Shown in pieces: positions 1 through 13,423 of a DNA stretch of 64,000 nt; position 1 is the stretch's first letter, and each line of letters begins with the position of its first letter. Source of the DNA: Ramazzottius varieornatus (lineage: Eukaryota > Animalia > Tardigrada); NCBI GenBank assembly GCA_001949185.1, contig BDGG01000001.1, forward strand, positions 3,117,324 through 3,181,323. Reading direction: 5' to 3'. The notes beneath the pieces were generated by a model that saw only the letters and a list, made by a program, of their open reading frames with translations, did no database searches and had not been told where the DNA came from. Both the position numbers and the translations under genes were made by a program.

Positions 1-3000
1 CATCCCCCTGCTGGACAAGGACGACAACGAGTTCGGTGCCCAAGTCGAAGGAAGTCTGATCTTCACCCCCAAGTCTTACATGCCCGAAAGCATGCATCTC
101 AACGTCAGCACTCAAATCTTCGGCGATTACGTCAACCTTTTGGAAGCTGGAGCTTGCATGAGCGGTAATTATTTCAAATTTCATCCGTGAAAACTCAGTC
201 ACTATCAAGATTGTCAAAAACAATCTACACAAATTTTCTTTTGTAATTTTCAGGTGCGGAAAACCTCGTTGAGAAGGTCCTTGGCCCCAACGGTGTTCTG
301 TCCCGAAGCAAGGTTCTCCGAAAGGCCACTGACATGGTCAAGAAAGTGATGCGAACTGCTGAAGAGATGGGCTACAAGCACCTCAGGTTCGAGAACGTCC
401 AGAAGGTCGTTCGTGAAGCTCTGCAGATGTTCCGAATGGGCGGCTACGAAGACATCCTCGATCGAGTCCTGTCCACCGTTGAGGACCTTGACACTTCCGC
501 ATTGTCCTCGATCGTCAACCATATGCGTAGCATGGATGTCGAGAAGATCACCGAGACCATCCGCGAAGCCATTCCCCAATCTGCTCAGTTGAGCAAAGTA
601 ATTCAACCAAAAAAGATAATTATCAATCTAAAAATTCCGGTTTAATGACTGTAATCGTCATTTTTGTCGTAGGTCGTCCAGAAGCTGAAGCGTATCGATT
701 TTTCCGATGCCACCCCCGAGACCCTCGTTGAAATCCTTGAAGCTTTCGGTATCCCCGCCCACAAGTCCCGCGAGATTCTCAACCAGGCCAAGTCCTACGG
801 CGTGAATCTCGACAAGGTCGCCCACACCATCAAGAACCTCGACGTGGATGACATTGAAGAGAAGCTGACCAGCCTGACTACCGGCGATATCAAGAGCAAA
901 GTGATGCTGGTGATCGACAAGGTGCAAAAGATGGTTCAGTGGGTCACCAAGGAATTCAACATCAACGTCCCATCGCTCCGCTCCGCCACCCAGAAGCTCA
1001 AGAGGATGGTCGAGGATGTTTACAGCTTGGACCAGAACGATGATGGGGAAGATTTCGACAACGAGACCGACGACTCATCTTTCCAGACTCGCAGGTCGAA
1101 GAATAGTGGTGAAAAGCGCCGCAATTCGAGCACCTTTGGAAGCTGGGGTGAAGATGAGGAGGACGATGAGGACAACGAGGAATCCAGCAACCGAGAGGCT
1201 GATGATAATGAAGAGGAACACCGCAGTCGAAGCTCGCCGCAAGGTCGCCGACAAAGCAGTCAGATGCAAGACAAACGAAGTCGAAAACAACAAAACTGGA
1301 AGAGCGCCCGAAAGAACGACCACGAAGTTTTGGACCAGATGACCTGGGGCAAAAACGTCAAGTCCTACAAGCGAGACTCCAACGATGAGGACCGTGATGG
1401 TGAAGAGGATGATGAAGATGTCGATATCCTCGCATTCGTCCGAGTTCTCGGTACATCCCTCTCGTCAAATTTCATCACATGAAAATTTTAAGATCGTTTT
1501 TTTTATTCATATTTTATTTTTCTCTTGCAGGAAATGAATTGGGCTGGGTGACTTTAGATGACATTACCGACCTCCTGGATTTGGAAATGATGAAGGACAA
1601 CTTGAGAAGGCGTGGTGGCTACTCTGGATTCTTCCGGGATATCCTTGACGGTTTCGACGTCCAGCCAACCGCCGCCATCAAGATGGAAGGTCTCCACCAC
1701 ATCTCCACCGGTCTCGGCCTCCCTCTCCAGATCACTCTGAATCTCACCGGTATCGCCACTGTCCACGTCAAGGTCCAGCCCGAAGGATCTTCCCTCAAGA
1801 CTTCCCGCATCGAGTTCGAGCCATCTGCTGCACTCCAGCTCGTTGGTGGAATGGCCATCGATCTCCCGTCCATCACCAAGATCGCCGTTGTCCAGAACAC
1901 CACCGCCAAGTCCGAAATGGAGCTAAAGCTTCGCTTCGACCTTCAGTCCGACACGATGGAGTTCCACTTCGAAAAGCCTGATGAGGAACTGGACATTATC
2001 CACTTGAGGCATGAAATCAAGTTGGTCAAGGACGATGAAGACTTCGAGCCCTTCCGAGTTGGAAAGTCTAATGAAGTCCGAAAGACCAAGTGCTTGCCTC
2101 ACATCGTCGAACGCGCCACTGGCCTCAAGATCTGCTCTCACTTGGAAACTTCCACCCTGAAGAACTCGCTCCTGCTCTCTCATGGGCCACATGAGCTCAG
2201 AATATCCGCCCAAGAAAGTGACACCACGTAAGAATCTTTGTCAGCAAATATTATTTTATGAAAATATTATTTCTAGTTTGAATGAGCAAAACCAAGCAAA
2301 GAACAAATTTGTGGCATTGCATACATTTTTTGAAGTACCCAGTTAACAAAACAACTTTCCTTTCAGTGGTCTGGACCATGTCAAGATTTCCGGAAAGCGA
2401 TCCCAAGAAGACAAGGAGAACCGATTCGAGTTCAACGTTCGCGCACCCGGCAAGCAGTCCCAGCGTGAAGGCCGTGCCCTGTTGAAGCATGACCCTCAAC
2501 GCAACCATGTCAGCGCTCGCTTCAACCTGGAAGAAGAGAACACTCCATCTGCCCACTTTTTCTGGCGCAACTTGGCCGAAGAGGACAGTGAAATCCGTTA
2601 CGGTGTCGAGACCGGTTTCGATGTGTCCACCGGTGAAGAACAGCACTACAACGTCTCCATCACCGTCTTGGCCAAGTACGATGGATACACCTACGCCATC
2701 AAGGACATCGGCTTCAACTACACCCTGGCCGCTTCCGTCCAGACACCCGAGACCTTCGTCAACATTTCCACCACGACCGCCAAAATCCGGGAGACCATCA
2801 TGATGGAACACAACTTGACCTACGCCATGTAAGTCAATCGACCTTTTTTCCAACTTCCGGGTCTCACAAACCTCGCATCTGATTAACTCCAGATAACCTG
2901 ATAAACTAACTTTTTACCTGTTTTCTCTTGCAGACCTGAAGACACCAAGATTCCCTTCTTGAGGGCCCTGCGTCTGCCTGGTGCTTCTGAACGAGATGAT

Positions 3001-6000
3001 ATCAGCAAGTTGACCCTTCGTCATGGCGTCTTTGTTAAATCTGATCGTACTGCCGTCGATGCCCGCGTTTTTGTCAAGCTTCTGACCTTCCCCCACCTCG
3101 AAGTGCCCGAACCAACCATCTACCACGTCAGCCAAATCAAGGTCCACAAGGATCTCGGACACATTGGTCTTCACATGAACACCACCTGGTTGAACACCGA
3201 ACATGAGCTAGTAAAAACTAATTCATGAAAATAATATCCATATAATTACTCAATATATTTCTTAATTTTTTTATTTTTAATTTAGGAATTCTTCAATGCT
3301 TCGACAACTCTGAACAACATCAAGGACCTGAAGCACATCTACAGTCCTCGATCCATGCGCGGTATGTCGATGGTCATGAACGTTTCCCGCAACGATTGGT
3401 TTATCGCAATCGAGACCGAAGTCGAGCCCCAATCCGATGCCATTACCGTGTCTAATGAACTGACTGCTCGTGGACACATGCCCGAATGCCGAGAAACCAT
3501 CGACTGTGTCGTCAAGCGTCTCAAGACCGACATCATGCAAGCGGCTTCCGCCTTCAGACCCACTTCCGCCTCGCGTCTCTCCACTATTCCCCGTCATCCC
3601 CACCACCACAAGGTCCGAAAAGCCGGCCAGTCTCACGATGGCTCCGAGTACTTCCGCGAAGAAGAACTCATAGTCACTATTGAGAACATCTTCCGGGAAA
3701 AGAGCTCGTCCTCCCGTGACAAAGGTTTCTGGAATCAACGAACTTCCCGCAACGGACAGATGGTCTTCGAGATCAAGACTCGTGCTAAGATTGCTTCGTC
3801 CAATGCCCGGAACAACAAGGATATGACCGCCACTACCGTCCTCGGTAACGATGCCATGGAACGTGGAGCTATTCTCAGGTAGAAATAGAATCATTTTTTC
3901 TTTATTCAGCACAAAGAGCTAATAAGCTATTTCTGTCCCAACAGCAAATTTAAATATCGTATTAATTTTGTTGTTATTTTTCCAGCCTCTTCATGGTCAA
4001 TAACATCACCGCCACCAACATTCCCTTCGAAAGTAACAACTTCGCCCACCTTCTGATCGATAAGGAAAATGGCCTAGTCGCGACCATGAACGTCTCCATC
4101 GACAATAACGACAAGGAAATCATGGGACTCGACGTACTGCTCCAGATCGACCCCAAGGATATGGAGGCCCGCGCCATCCTGTCCGTTAATACTCCCTTCC
4201 TCGACGGTGAAGTGGACGCCGAAGCCAAGATGCCCACCAAGGGACAGATTGAGACCTGTGTAACTACCAAGACTGAAGCCGACTCGTCCACCTACGACGC
4301 TCTCACTCACAAGATGGAGTCCGTCATGAAGGTTAGCCCCACCAAGATGACCCAGACCATCCGCTTCAAGCATCCCAAGCTCGAGTCCGACTTCAAGGTT
4401 CAGGTCGATCTCCATGGTCAAGGCGGTGCCGACTTTGCTCGACTCGAACAGGATGAAGATGAGGGCCAAGAAGACACATCGATGGAACGATCCAAGAACC
4501 GTCATGTCCAGTCTGGTCCCAGCAGTCATGGTCGCAAGAGCCAGTCCGATCGCTATACTGAGCGCGACTCGGAGACCCAAGGACGCTTTGGCCAAGAAGG
4601 AAAGCACTCTCATCGCCAACGATCGCCCCGCTCCGTCTCTCGAAATGACCGCGTAGAACGCGAGAATCACGGAAGCCGCGACTCTCGAGAACAGCGAGAA
4701 GGACGCGACAACCGTGAAGATCGTGAAGGCCGTGACGAAATGCGCTCTTCGAGGTAAGCATTGTCATTCCCGCATTTTAAAAATTTTAACGAATAAATTA
4801 AAAATAAAGTTAAAATGAAATAAGAATAAATTAAAAATAAAGTTAAAAGTAAATCAAAAAAGACTTTATTTCAGGAACCAACCTAACTGGCAATCCAAGC
4901 ATGGTCGTGAAGAGTCTGCCACCAACAACTGGAACCGCAAGGACAAGTCCTCTCGCCGACAGGACAACCAGAGCGAACGCCCTGTTTCCCTTCTGTCCTT
5001 CTTTCTTGGAAAAGATTCCGACCGTGACGCCGAACGTGACTTTGAGGACTGGGACGATAAGTCCAGTTCGACCGGTATGTCTGGATGGTGGAAAAAGATG
5101 ACTGATAGCACCCACTCCAAGACGAGCAGCCGATACTCTACCAAAAGCATCCGCCAGTACGCTTCGACCATCAACCCAACTGCCACCGCCTCCCTCCGTA
5201 TCCGATCTCAGGTAACCATTCATTCATTCGTTTTTATTCGAAGCACCGAAGACCAGCTAACGAAAGACTGTGAGAGATTCTGAAGTTTTGTTTCGTAGGA
5301 CCGAGAAATATTTCCATCGGTCAACGTCAATGCCAAGCTTTCCCTTCGTCAAAGCAAGATCGACCTAGAACTCAGCGAGGTTCCCCGCAACCTCGAGCAT
5401 GTCCTGACTGCCAAACGTGTGACTTTGATCAGCAAGATCGAGAACCAGAAGGCCAAGGTTGAGTTGCACGTTGCTGGTCGCGGAGAAGCTGTCGCCGAGA
5501 TCGCTCTTCGTGGTCAACGTGAAGCTCATGCCAAACTCTACGATCGTGGCTTGGTAAGTTAATCTCAGTAATCCTTTGTTCCTTCCTCAGATATCTATAT
5601 TTCAACTTTTTTGTTATTTTGCAGACTTCAAGCGGCGAACTGACCCATGCCGAGATCACGTTCGAACTCCCCACCGAGTCCACCATTCGCACCAAGCTGT
5701 TCTTCAATGCCGAGTCCATGCCCAGGATTGCTCGCGCCGTTCGCCACACTGCCAAATCCTTGAAGGAGGTCGTTGTTCGTCTGTACATGGACAACGCTGA
5801 GTCCGTGATCCGCACCATCAAGAAAGCCTTGACCGACGCTCGCCACCCCATTTACGACAACGTCCGACCCTTCATGTCCGGGAGCGCCGAAGACTGGAGC
5901 AACGACATGATGCAGTCCGTCCGCGGCTTGTACGGCGACGCCCGGAAGCACTCGCGCAACATGTACGAAGGCGAATCTGTCCTCGGCACTTCCCTCATGG

Positions 6001-8921
6001 AAATCCAGCGGAAGATTACCCACACCCTGAAACAGTACATGCAAACCATCGGGAACCTCATCCAAGACACTCCCGCCGGTAATAATTCCAATCATCACAA
6101 TTCGGAAATATAATCCAATAATATCCAAAACAAAAACTGTTTTACAGTACATGCATGTGGTTTTCCTTCCGCTTTTAGGTGCTTGGGTTGAAGCTTTCCC
6201 TTCGTACGAAGAAGCCATCCGTCCTCTGGAACAGACCCTGACCAAGCGTTTCCCCGTCCAGATGCCTATCATCAGGTCGAAGAAAGCCTGCGTCACCCTC
6301 GACACCTGTGACTTCTTCGGCGCCGTCCGTGCTACTGGTGAAATTGTGGTTGATCTGACCCGCTCGCTTTCCGAGATTGACACGGATGATCTCACCAAGC
6401 GCCTCATGATGACCATCAAGGAACTTCTCTTGGACACCATCCAGATCATCAAGATCCAGGCCCGCAAGAACGAGGTCGTCCACTCGCTCCTCAAGACCGT
6501 CGACATTGAGACGATCGAAGACTTCGTCCGGGATATGGAGCTTCCTCGCAACGTGGAGTCCTTAACACAGATGGTCAAGGCCTTTACCGGTATGGGAACC
6601 ACCATGGCTTCTCGCAGGTTGGGAAAGATCTTCACCACCAATTCCCAAGGCGCTCTGATCGTTACCATTCCTCATCCATTCAAGTGGAACAACCTCAAGG
6701 TATTGTCCTGTGAATATTTGATAACATTTGAAAATCATTTAATATTTTTAAAATGAAAATCATGGAGCAATCGCAGAAATTAGCGTCATCTTCAAGTACA
6801 CATTTGTTGTAATTCCTTGCAGGAACTGCCTCAGTTGAGGGAAGGACACCAACAATGGGCCGAGAACGTCAAGAGCCAGTCCAAGCGTACCCTTCGTGAT
6901 CTCACTGACAACGATGACGTCCACATTCCCATGCCCGGTGGCGACGAAGGTCTCCGCTTCAAGTGGTCCACCCTCAGCTCCTTCCCCAAGAAGACCCTCG
7001 GTACCCAGACTGCCATGATCTTCGGTGATCGTCACGTCATGACATTCGACGGCAGGGTCTACTCGGTCCCCAAGGCTGGCGCTCAGTGCACCTACCTGAT
7101 GGCCCGCGGTACTCGTCACGAAAACTTTGCCTTGGTCAAGACGCACGACGGTATCACCCTGACTCTTCCCGACATGGCAGTCACCATCACCAAGGACAAC
7201 TTTGTTCGTCTGAACAACAGCCGCTCCAACGTCGCTCTGCCCGTGGAAAGTGCCAACAAGAAGACCACCGTCAAGTTGGTTGGTGACTCCATTGAAGTCG
7301 AAAGTCAGACTGGTATCAAGCTGAGCTGTGCTTCCGAGAAGAAGATCTGCACCGTCGAGGTCTCCATGAGTATGTGGGGCGAGAGCACCGGTCTGTTGGG
7401 CTCTAACGATAACGAAGCCGACAACGACTGGAAGATGCCCTCTGGAAAGCACGCTGACAACGCCGAAGACTTCCTCAACTCGTACGAAGTGTCCAAGAAC
7501 GCCCAGTGCCAGTTGACCAAGAGCCAGCCCAAGTCTTCTCGACGATCGGGCCGCCAAAGCCTGACTGGCCGATCTGGAGAGAGCGAGTGCGAGAGATTTT
7601 TCCAGGATGAGAACTCCAAACTCAGCCCGTGCTTCGAAGTAAGGAACATCCTCAATAAGAATAGTTCGAAAAATCCATCATTTGGGGAATTAAACTATCT
7701 GTTTCTTATTTTCCTTTACAGACCGTTGACGCTGAAGAATTCCTCAAGGCCTGCGAGCAGGAAACCGAAGACACCGATGCTCGCACCACCGAGGAAATCA
7801 CCTGCGCCGTGGTTGGAGCTTACAGAGAAATCTGTGAGATCAAGGGAGTCGAAACCGTGGAGCCCAAGGAATGCGAGACCTGCGAAGGACACAAGCAAAA
7901 CAGCCAGTGGCAAGTCCGCGGAAATGGTCGCAAGGTCGATGTGGTCGTTGTCGTCTCCGAACATCAGGATATCGCTCGAGAATTCAGCTCGCCTGCCGAA
8001 AAGATCCAGACCATCGTCAACACCATCACTCGCAAACTCCAACAGTACAATGGTCAAGATGTCCGAACTGCCCTGGTCGGTTTCAGCGGGTCTGGAGTCC
8101 ACAAGACGGGACACACTCACACTACCAAAAAGTAATTAACCATTTCTTTCGAGTAAATTCCGATCAGTGGTTCAAAATGATCAGTTTACATTCCTCCACA
8201 ATATCTCTGACATTCGATCTTCACTTCTAGCGAGCAATTCTTCTCGGTTGACCAACTCGCCAGCGCCATGCACACCTTGAAGTTCAAGGGCAAGGAGCAA
8301 ACCGACCCACTGGAAGCCGTCGAATTCATCGTTGAGTCGCATGACTTCCGACCGGAAGCCACCAAGATCATTCTCGTCTTCGGACCCGAAGAACGCCAGG
8401 TAACATCTCGTTTCAATCCAGAACTCAAAATTTTGCGAAATAAGCCATTACTCTATTGAAACGGGAGAGCTGACGATTTTTCTTTCATATTTTAGTTCAC
8501 TGGGGGGCGAGCCGAGTCTGTCCAAGACAAGCTGCGGCAACACGGCATCGTGGTCACCGTCTTCGCCAAGTACGACAACTCCAGCATGAAGGAGCGCGAC
8601 ATCGGCATGAACTACGATGGCAAGCTCTTCACTGAGTCCACTTCCTCGTCTCGCTTCTCGCAGCAAGCACAGTCCAAGCACTCCGAAGGAGGTCGCATGC
8701 CCAGCCAGACGATGAGCCGCATCGCAAAGGCCAGTCGTGGCGCCGTCTTCCGTCTGGAAAACGTCTTAAACTCCGCCAAGTCAACTCAAGCGGTTGAACG
8801 CGTCTGCGAGACCATCTTGCAACAGGTTCAGCGTGAGGAGAACCAATGCAAGGTTTGCAAGTGCCAAGAGACCGAAGAACTTCGCCAGTTAACAGCCGCC
8901 TGCAAGATCGTTGCTTGCTAG
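1..8921 (+). CDS. Large lipid transfer protein (vitellogenin/apolipophorin-like), multi-exon, 5' end outside window
   Basis: Chain of + strand ORFs with strong C-ending codon bias, joined by short AT-rich GT-AG introns (e.g. 165-253, 598-672, 1451-1530, 2228-2366). Beta-sheet motif STGLGLPLQITL. vWD domain (AMIFGDRHVMTFDGRVY...GLLGSNDNEADND, Cys-rich tail), then a vWA-like C-terminal region (KVDVVVVVSE...VRTALVGFSG...KIILVFG). Stop TAG ends 8921; AATAAA near 9096. Confidence 0.85.
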
Positions 8922-9474
8922 AATATTCCCAATGTTGTGATGGTCCGTTTTGTGTACCCATTATTTATTCGCTCTTGTAACTTCCGATGCCATCTGTCCG
9001 TGTGAGCAATTACTCTTAGCCTTCTCGTGCGACAGTGACATCTGTGAACTTAGTGTTTTACATCCGTCGCATACTCACGCTCTTCTGTTTTGTCCAATAA
9101 ATTTCGACACCGCTTCCTTCAACAAGATGCCGATAGCTTTTACTTGGCCACGTAGGTTCGGCTAGTCTAAAGACATCCATAACCACCAGAACTATCCAGG
9201 GTATACTACAGTACGTGGCAAGTTAGCCAAAAATAGAACCTTGGCTTCGAACGGGCAACGACAAGCTGGAAGTCTTCTCGAAATTCGAAGGGAAGGAGCC
9301 ACAGTGTTCTTCTCTGTGGCACAACTTCAGTCGCACGACAGAGTTTGTTACCAAATGCAGTCTGTAGTTATACTGAGCGGTGCAAAATGTGTCCTACTTG
9401 ATTGAGGTAAAAGCTTCTCGCAGAAGAAATCTTCGAGATACAGTGTGATCGCATTTTCCGGGTATCGAACAGTC

Positions 9475-10232
9475 ATGGCGGACATAAAGGGTCCCGACCT
9501 GGTGGAAACCAAGCTTTTGGCTGGTCCTACCGTTCAAGAATCCAGCACAAACCCACGGCACATGATACGTTTCAAGTTTGCCTTGGGCGTATTTGGAGCC
9601 CTCGAAATTTTCTTCGGTATAATATCCGCCATTATTGGATCGATAGGTAAGTTCGGCCTTTACTGGCATATAATGCATGATACCGGTATTATTAACGGCA
9701 CGACAGTAGTTCCGCTGAAGATACATGCTTTTCAGAGGCGATACTGTTGGGCGGAAGTAACAGCTTCTTCGCTGGTCCAGTACTGGGGATTGTGGCAGTA
9801 GCCTCTGGTGTTGCCGTCTTCGTTATCACAAGGCAGTCAACATCGCCGCGGAGACTGAAGTTCCTCCTCGCGGCCACGGCGATTCTGGGTCTCTTGATTG
9901 CTGTAGCATGCACGGTGGTGTGCGCGTTTTCGTGTATTTCGGCAAGTCAGGTTGGCAGCGAACACAATCTGCAGGTGTCGACCACCACCACCAGGGCTAC
10001 TACCAGCAGAGCTACCACTGGAAGGTATCAGAACCTCGATGAGGTCCCCACGAACCAAAAGAAGATTGTGGACATTGCCAACGACCCATCAGATGTTACG
10101 AACCCTTCCACAGTCAAATCGATTCTCATAGCTTCTGCCGTCTTTTACATACTATTGGCGATATCAGCACTGATGACCAGTCTAATAGCTGCAAGAAACG
10201 TCTGCTTTGTATCAAAGGACTCCGCGTTCTAA
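9475..10232 (+). CDS. Four-TM membrane protein, MS4A/CD20-like topology
   Basis: ATG 9475; intron 9647-9735 joins the two ORFs in frame. Four hydrophobic helices (FALGVFGALEIFFGIISAII; GPVLGIVAVASGVAVFVI; FLLAATAILGLLIAVACTVVC; ILIASAVFYILLAISALMTSLI) with a Thr-rich loop between TM3 and TM4. Family assignment rests on topology only. Confidence 0.6.
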
Positions 10233-10504
10233 GAAACAGCTGGTTTTCGTCAGTGGAGTAAGTCCAACGCCGCTCACACGGATCGGCTTACCTTGCTACA
10301 AACTTCCTGCATGATGGATAAATGCAATCGATATCGTCTAACAGCACTTTATTAATACTAATTGCTGCTTAGCTGCGCTCGACATGGTCTGAGTATGCCG
10401 TCTGACTATGCAAGAATGTTTATTGTAAGTAGTGAGTATGCAGTTTACTGTACTAGCAACTTTCGAGACCGATTACCAAAAATTCGGAGCAAAGCTTCAC
10501 TTGA

Positions 10505-11277
10505 TCAATAAGAATTACTTCTTGTAAGAACAGCAGCAGGAATGTACACAGTTAAACCAGAAATATCCGAAGGGATGACATCTACGCTGATTGAGTGACC
10601 AAGACTTAGGTCTTGCGGTAATGGAGTGACGCGGAAGTCCATAGACGGTTCAGGAGTGGAAGACTGTACAGGTGGCGCCATCATCGGCATGTAGTTGTAA
10701 GACATTGGGAAGTCCTGGTCGGAGTGCTTCGGACTGTATTCTGGCGTGGCATTGGCTTTTCTTATTAGATGCATCTTTTGCAGCCATTCAACACCCTCAA
10801 GCTCTTCTTGCGAGTTACCCAAGCTGACGTTGAGCTTCCGGCGTTTCCGGAAGAGGCCATAGCGGTTATAGACTGCGATCCCGATTGTGAACACCATTAA
10901 TCCACCCAGCACAACAGCAACCCGAATTCCCACAGAAGGATCATATGACTGTGTGATAAAAACAATCGCTTGAATAAAAACCATAAGGAAATGGATGTAA
11001 GTGGAACGAACCTGTCGATAGTAGTCCTCGGCATCCTTGTAAGCTGAAGTCAAAAGAAAGGTTAGTACTGTTAGTAGTTAGTACTATTATTTAGTACTAT
11101 TTGGCGGGCACCTGCGCGGAACATAGGACGGAAGAGGAGCCGGCGACCCAAAGCGGTGTAGGTGTAATAAATGGACGAAGCGTCCAAGGTGGAGACGTTT
11201 AATGACGTTGACGTGGGGACAGACTTGTTCCAATTCTCCGATCCACTATCAAACGACAGTGGAAGCACTTCATCCAT
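10505..11277 (-). CDS. Uncharacterised single-pass membrane protein (3 exons)
   Basis: S/T-rich N-terminus with N-glycosylation sequons (NKS, NVS), one TM (GIRVAVVLGGLMVFTIGIAVY) followed by basic RKRRK. Short introns near 11112-11045 and 11011-10950. Confidence 0.55.
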
Positions 11278-13423
11278 TATCGATTTTCATCCGCCTGTCA
11301 AGAAAAACGCATCAAATTAGGCCTCAGGATCCATTTGCATGCGCAACCGGGCCTTAGTGTAACACTCTTGAGAAACGTTTTTTCGCTGGTAGAAAGCACG
11401 ACGTCCCATGTGAGAATATTGTCAGGTTTTGGAGTGCGAACCCAGAAAGTCTTCCGTTTCCCTTCGCCACAACTGGATTTCATTGCTCATTTGGATACAA
11501 AAGTTTGTTTGAAGGTCGAAAGTATTCCGGTCTAACATCTGTCAGTCCACAAAATATGGTTCCTGATGAGGAGTAACATCGAAGAAAAAGGTACGTGTAC
11601 TGCTTTTTTTGCGAGCGTGCTCTATTCTAACAGCAGTTCGCTAACGTTCGAACAATTTATGCGTCTTTAAACAGCTGAAGCGTACTGTCACTTAATTTAC
11701 GATTTGCGCAGATAACGGAAATCGATTGTTTGCGGATTAAATCTACTGTCAACCGTCGGATTATGCTGCATCGCAATTCAACGCTGAACTAAAGAAGGCT
11801 GACTCCTAAGTATCCAGAGCAAATACACATACATGTAATTCAGTGTCAATAAATCTTTATATAGATAGAATACGATACTCGTAGTCATGTTGTTATTTCA
11901 CATTGTGTAAATTGTACATATTAGTGATAGTGTATATCATGTATTGTATGTAATGTATATATTTTAACGTATTGTCATATTGTTGAACATATAATTATTC
12001 ATAAGGAAACACAAGGTTTCAAAAATACCCTAGGTTGTTTCACGGTTAAAGGGAACTCTTACCTCTGGTTGATAACCTCACGAAATCATGAGAAAGTTCG
12101 AACAAGAGGCCGAAAAGCTCGACGGAATTCGAAACAATAGATCCATTAGGCAGAGACCCGATCGGCAATTATCGCCCATTTCCGGTTGCACGCTCTATAT
12201 TTAGAAACCATAATCAAAATTCGAATCAATCAGCACGGTGTATATTCGCCTGGAAAAATCACAGCCACACTGGCAAATATTGGAGTCAGAAACGCCAAAA
12301 GTTCGAACAAGGAACAGATCGCTCACACCAGAAATGTTTCATCGACACTAAGACAAGCCTGTTCGTTTGCTGCGCACTCTAGGATGTGTGGATCAATCTG
12401 CGTTGCAGCATTTGCGTGTTGGGGTTCGCGTTCAAGTCACAACAAGGAGCAGGACGCCGACAAATGTGCTGAGACTGAGAACGGAAGCGATTCTTTACAA
12501 TCAGTTACTTGACGTCTCATGCACGCGGGAACAACGGGGATCAGGAGGTGGGGCTGAAGCCTAACGATTTTACTTAGTCATCACGTCGTCGTCAAGAGAA
12601 CTTCGTTTATTTTCCCAGGAACCCCACCTTTACGTAACTGCGGCTCGCCACTCATGAGCTTCGAAGAAAAAAGTAATTTATATCACAAGGTTTCCAAGTA
12701 TCTTCTTCTAATGCCAATGGTGGAGACGAATAGACCCAATGAGAGCGCAACTCCTGATGTCGGCTGGGTCGTCACGCTTGCTTCCGGTTTCATTCCGCCC
12801 AAGACCATGAAAGCTGCGCTTATATACAAATCGGAAGAACGAACTTGACTTTTAGAGCTTGTCGAATATGCGGGGGCATGCATCTTCTGTTTTAAAGGGT
12901 GAAGGAAGGTGCAGGCACTTCGCCGAAAATTATTTCGGAGAGAAGGAATACGTATATATTATACAGTATTTGAAATTTCCTGCAGGTCTCCGTCGGCTTC
13001 TCCTCCATTGTCCAGATGGTATAAGGTGTCGTATACGTGCTCACCTTTTCGATCCAAAGATGCTGGTACTTTTTGTGCCTTTCTGCACCTGAATTGCAAA
13101 GCTATGTCTTGGAGCAGAGAAAACTTGCTTGCGTACTTCAGTCCAGAGTCCAGACTCCTGCTGACAGCGGCGCCAAAGTGTCTACCACTGCGCCCCTTCG
13201 GGTTGCACCCGTATGAGCCGTAGGAGTGACTCGTATCCCATTGTGGAGGCGCTGTGACGTCATGGGTAATCTGTTCAGACAGAGCAAGTCTTCGAGTTCC
13301 AAACTCATGCTTCCATTGCTTAGTTTTCTTTCCTCTGGATCCCTTCCGAGTTTTCAATCGTAGTACGTAACCCGTGCGTTGTCTTTTGGTTGGACGCGGA
13401 CGGAAGGTTTGGAGAAGAAGAGG

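Noticed and set aside
4791-4848. ~25 bp AT-rich direct repeat in a vitellogenin intron
   Set aside because: Simple local slippage duplication.
250-8961. Many long antisense ORFs over the vitellogenin-like gene
   Set aside because: Expected shadows of strong codon bias on the sense strand.
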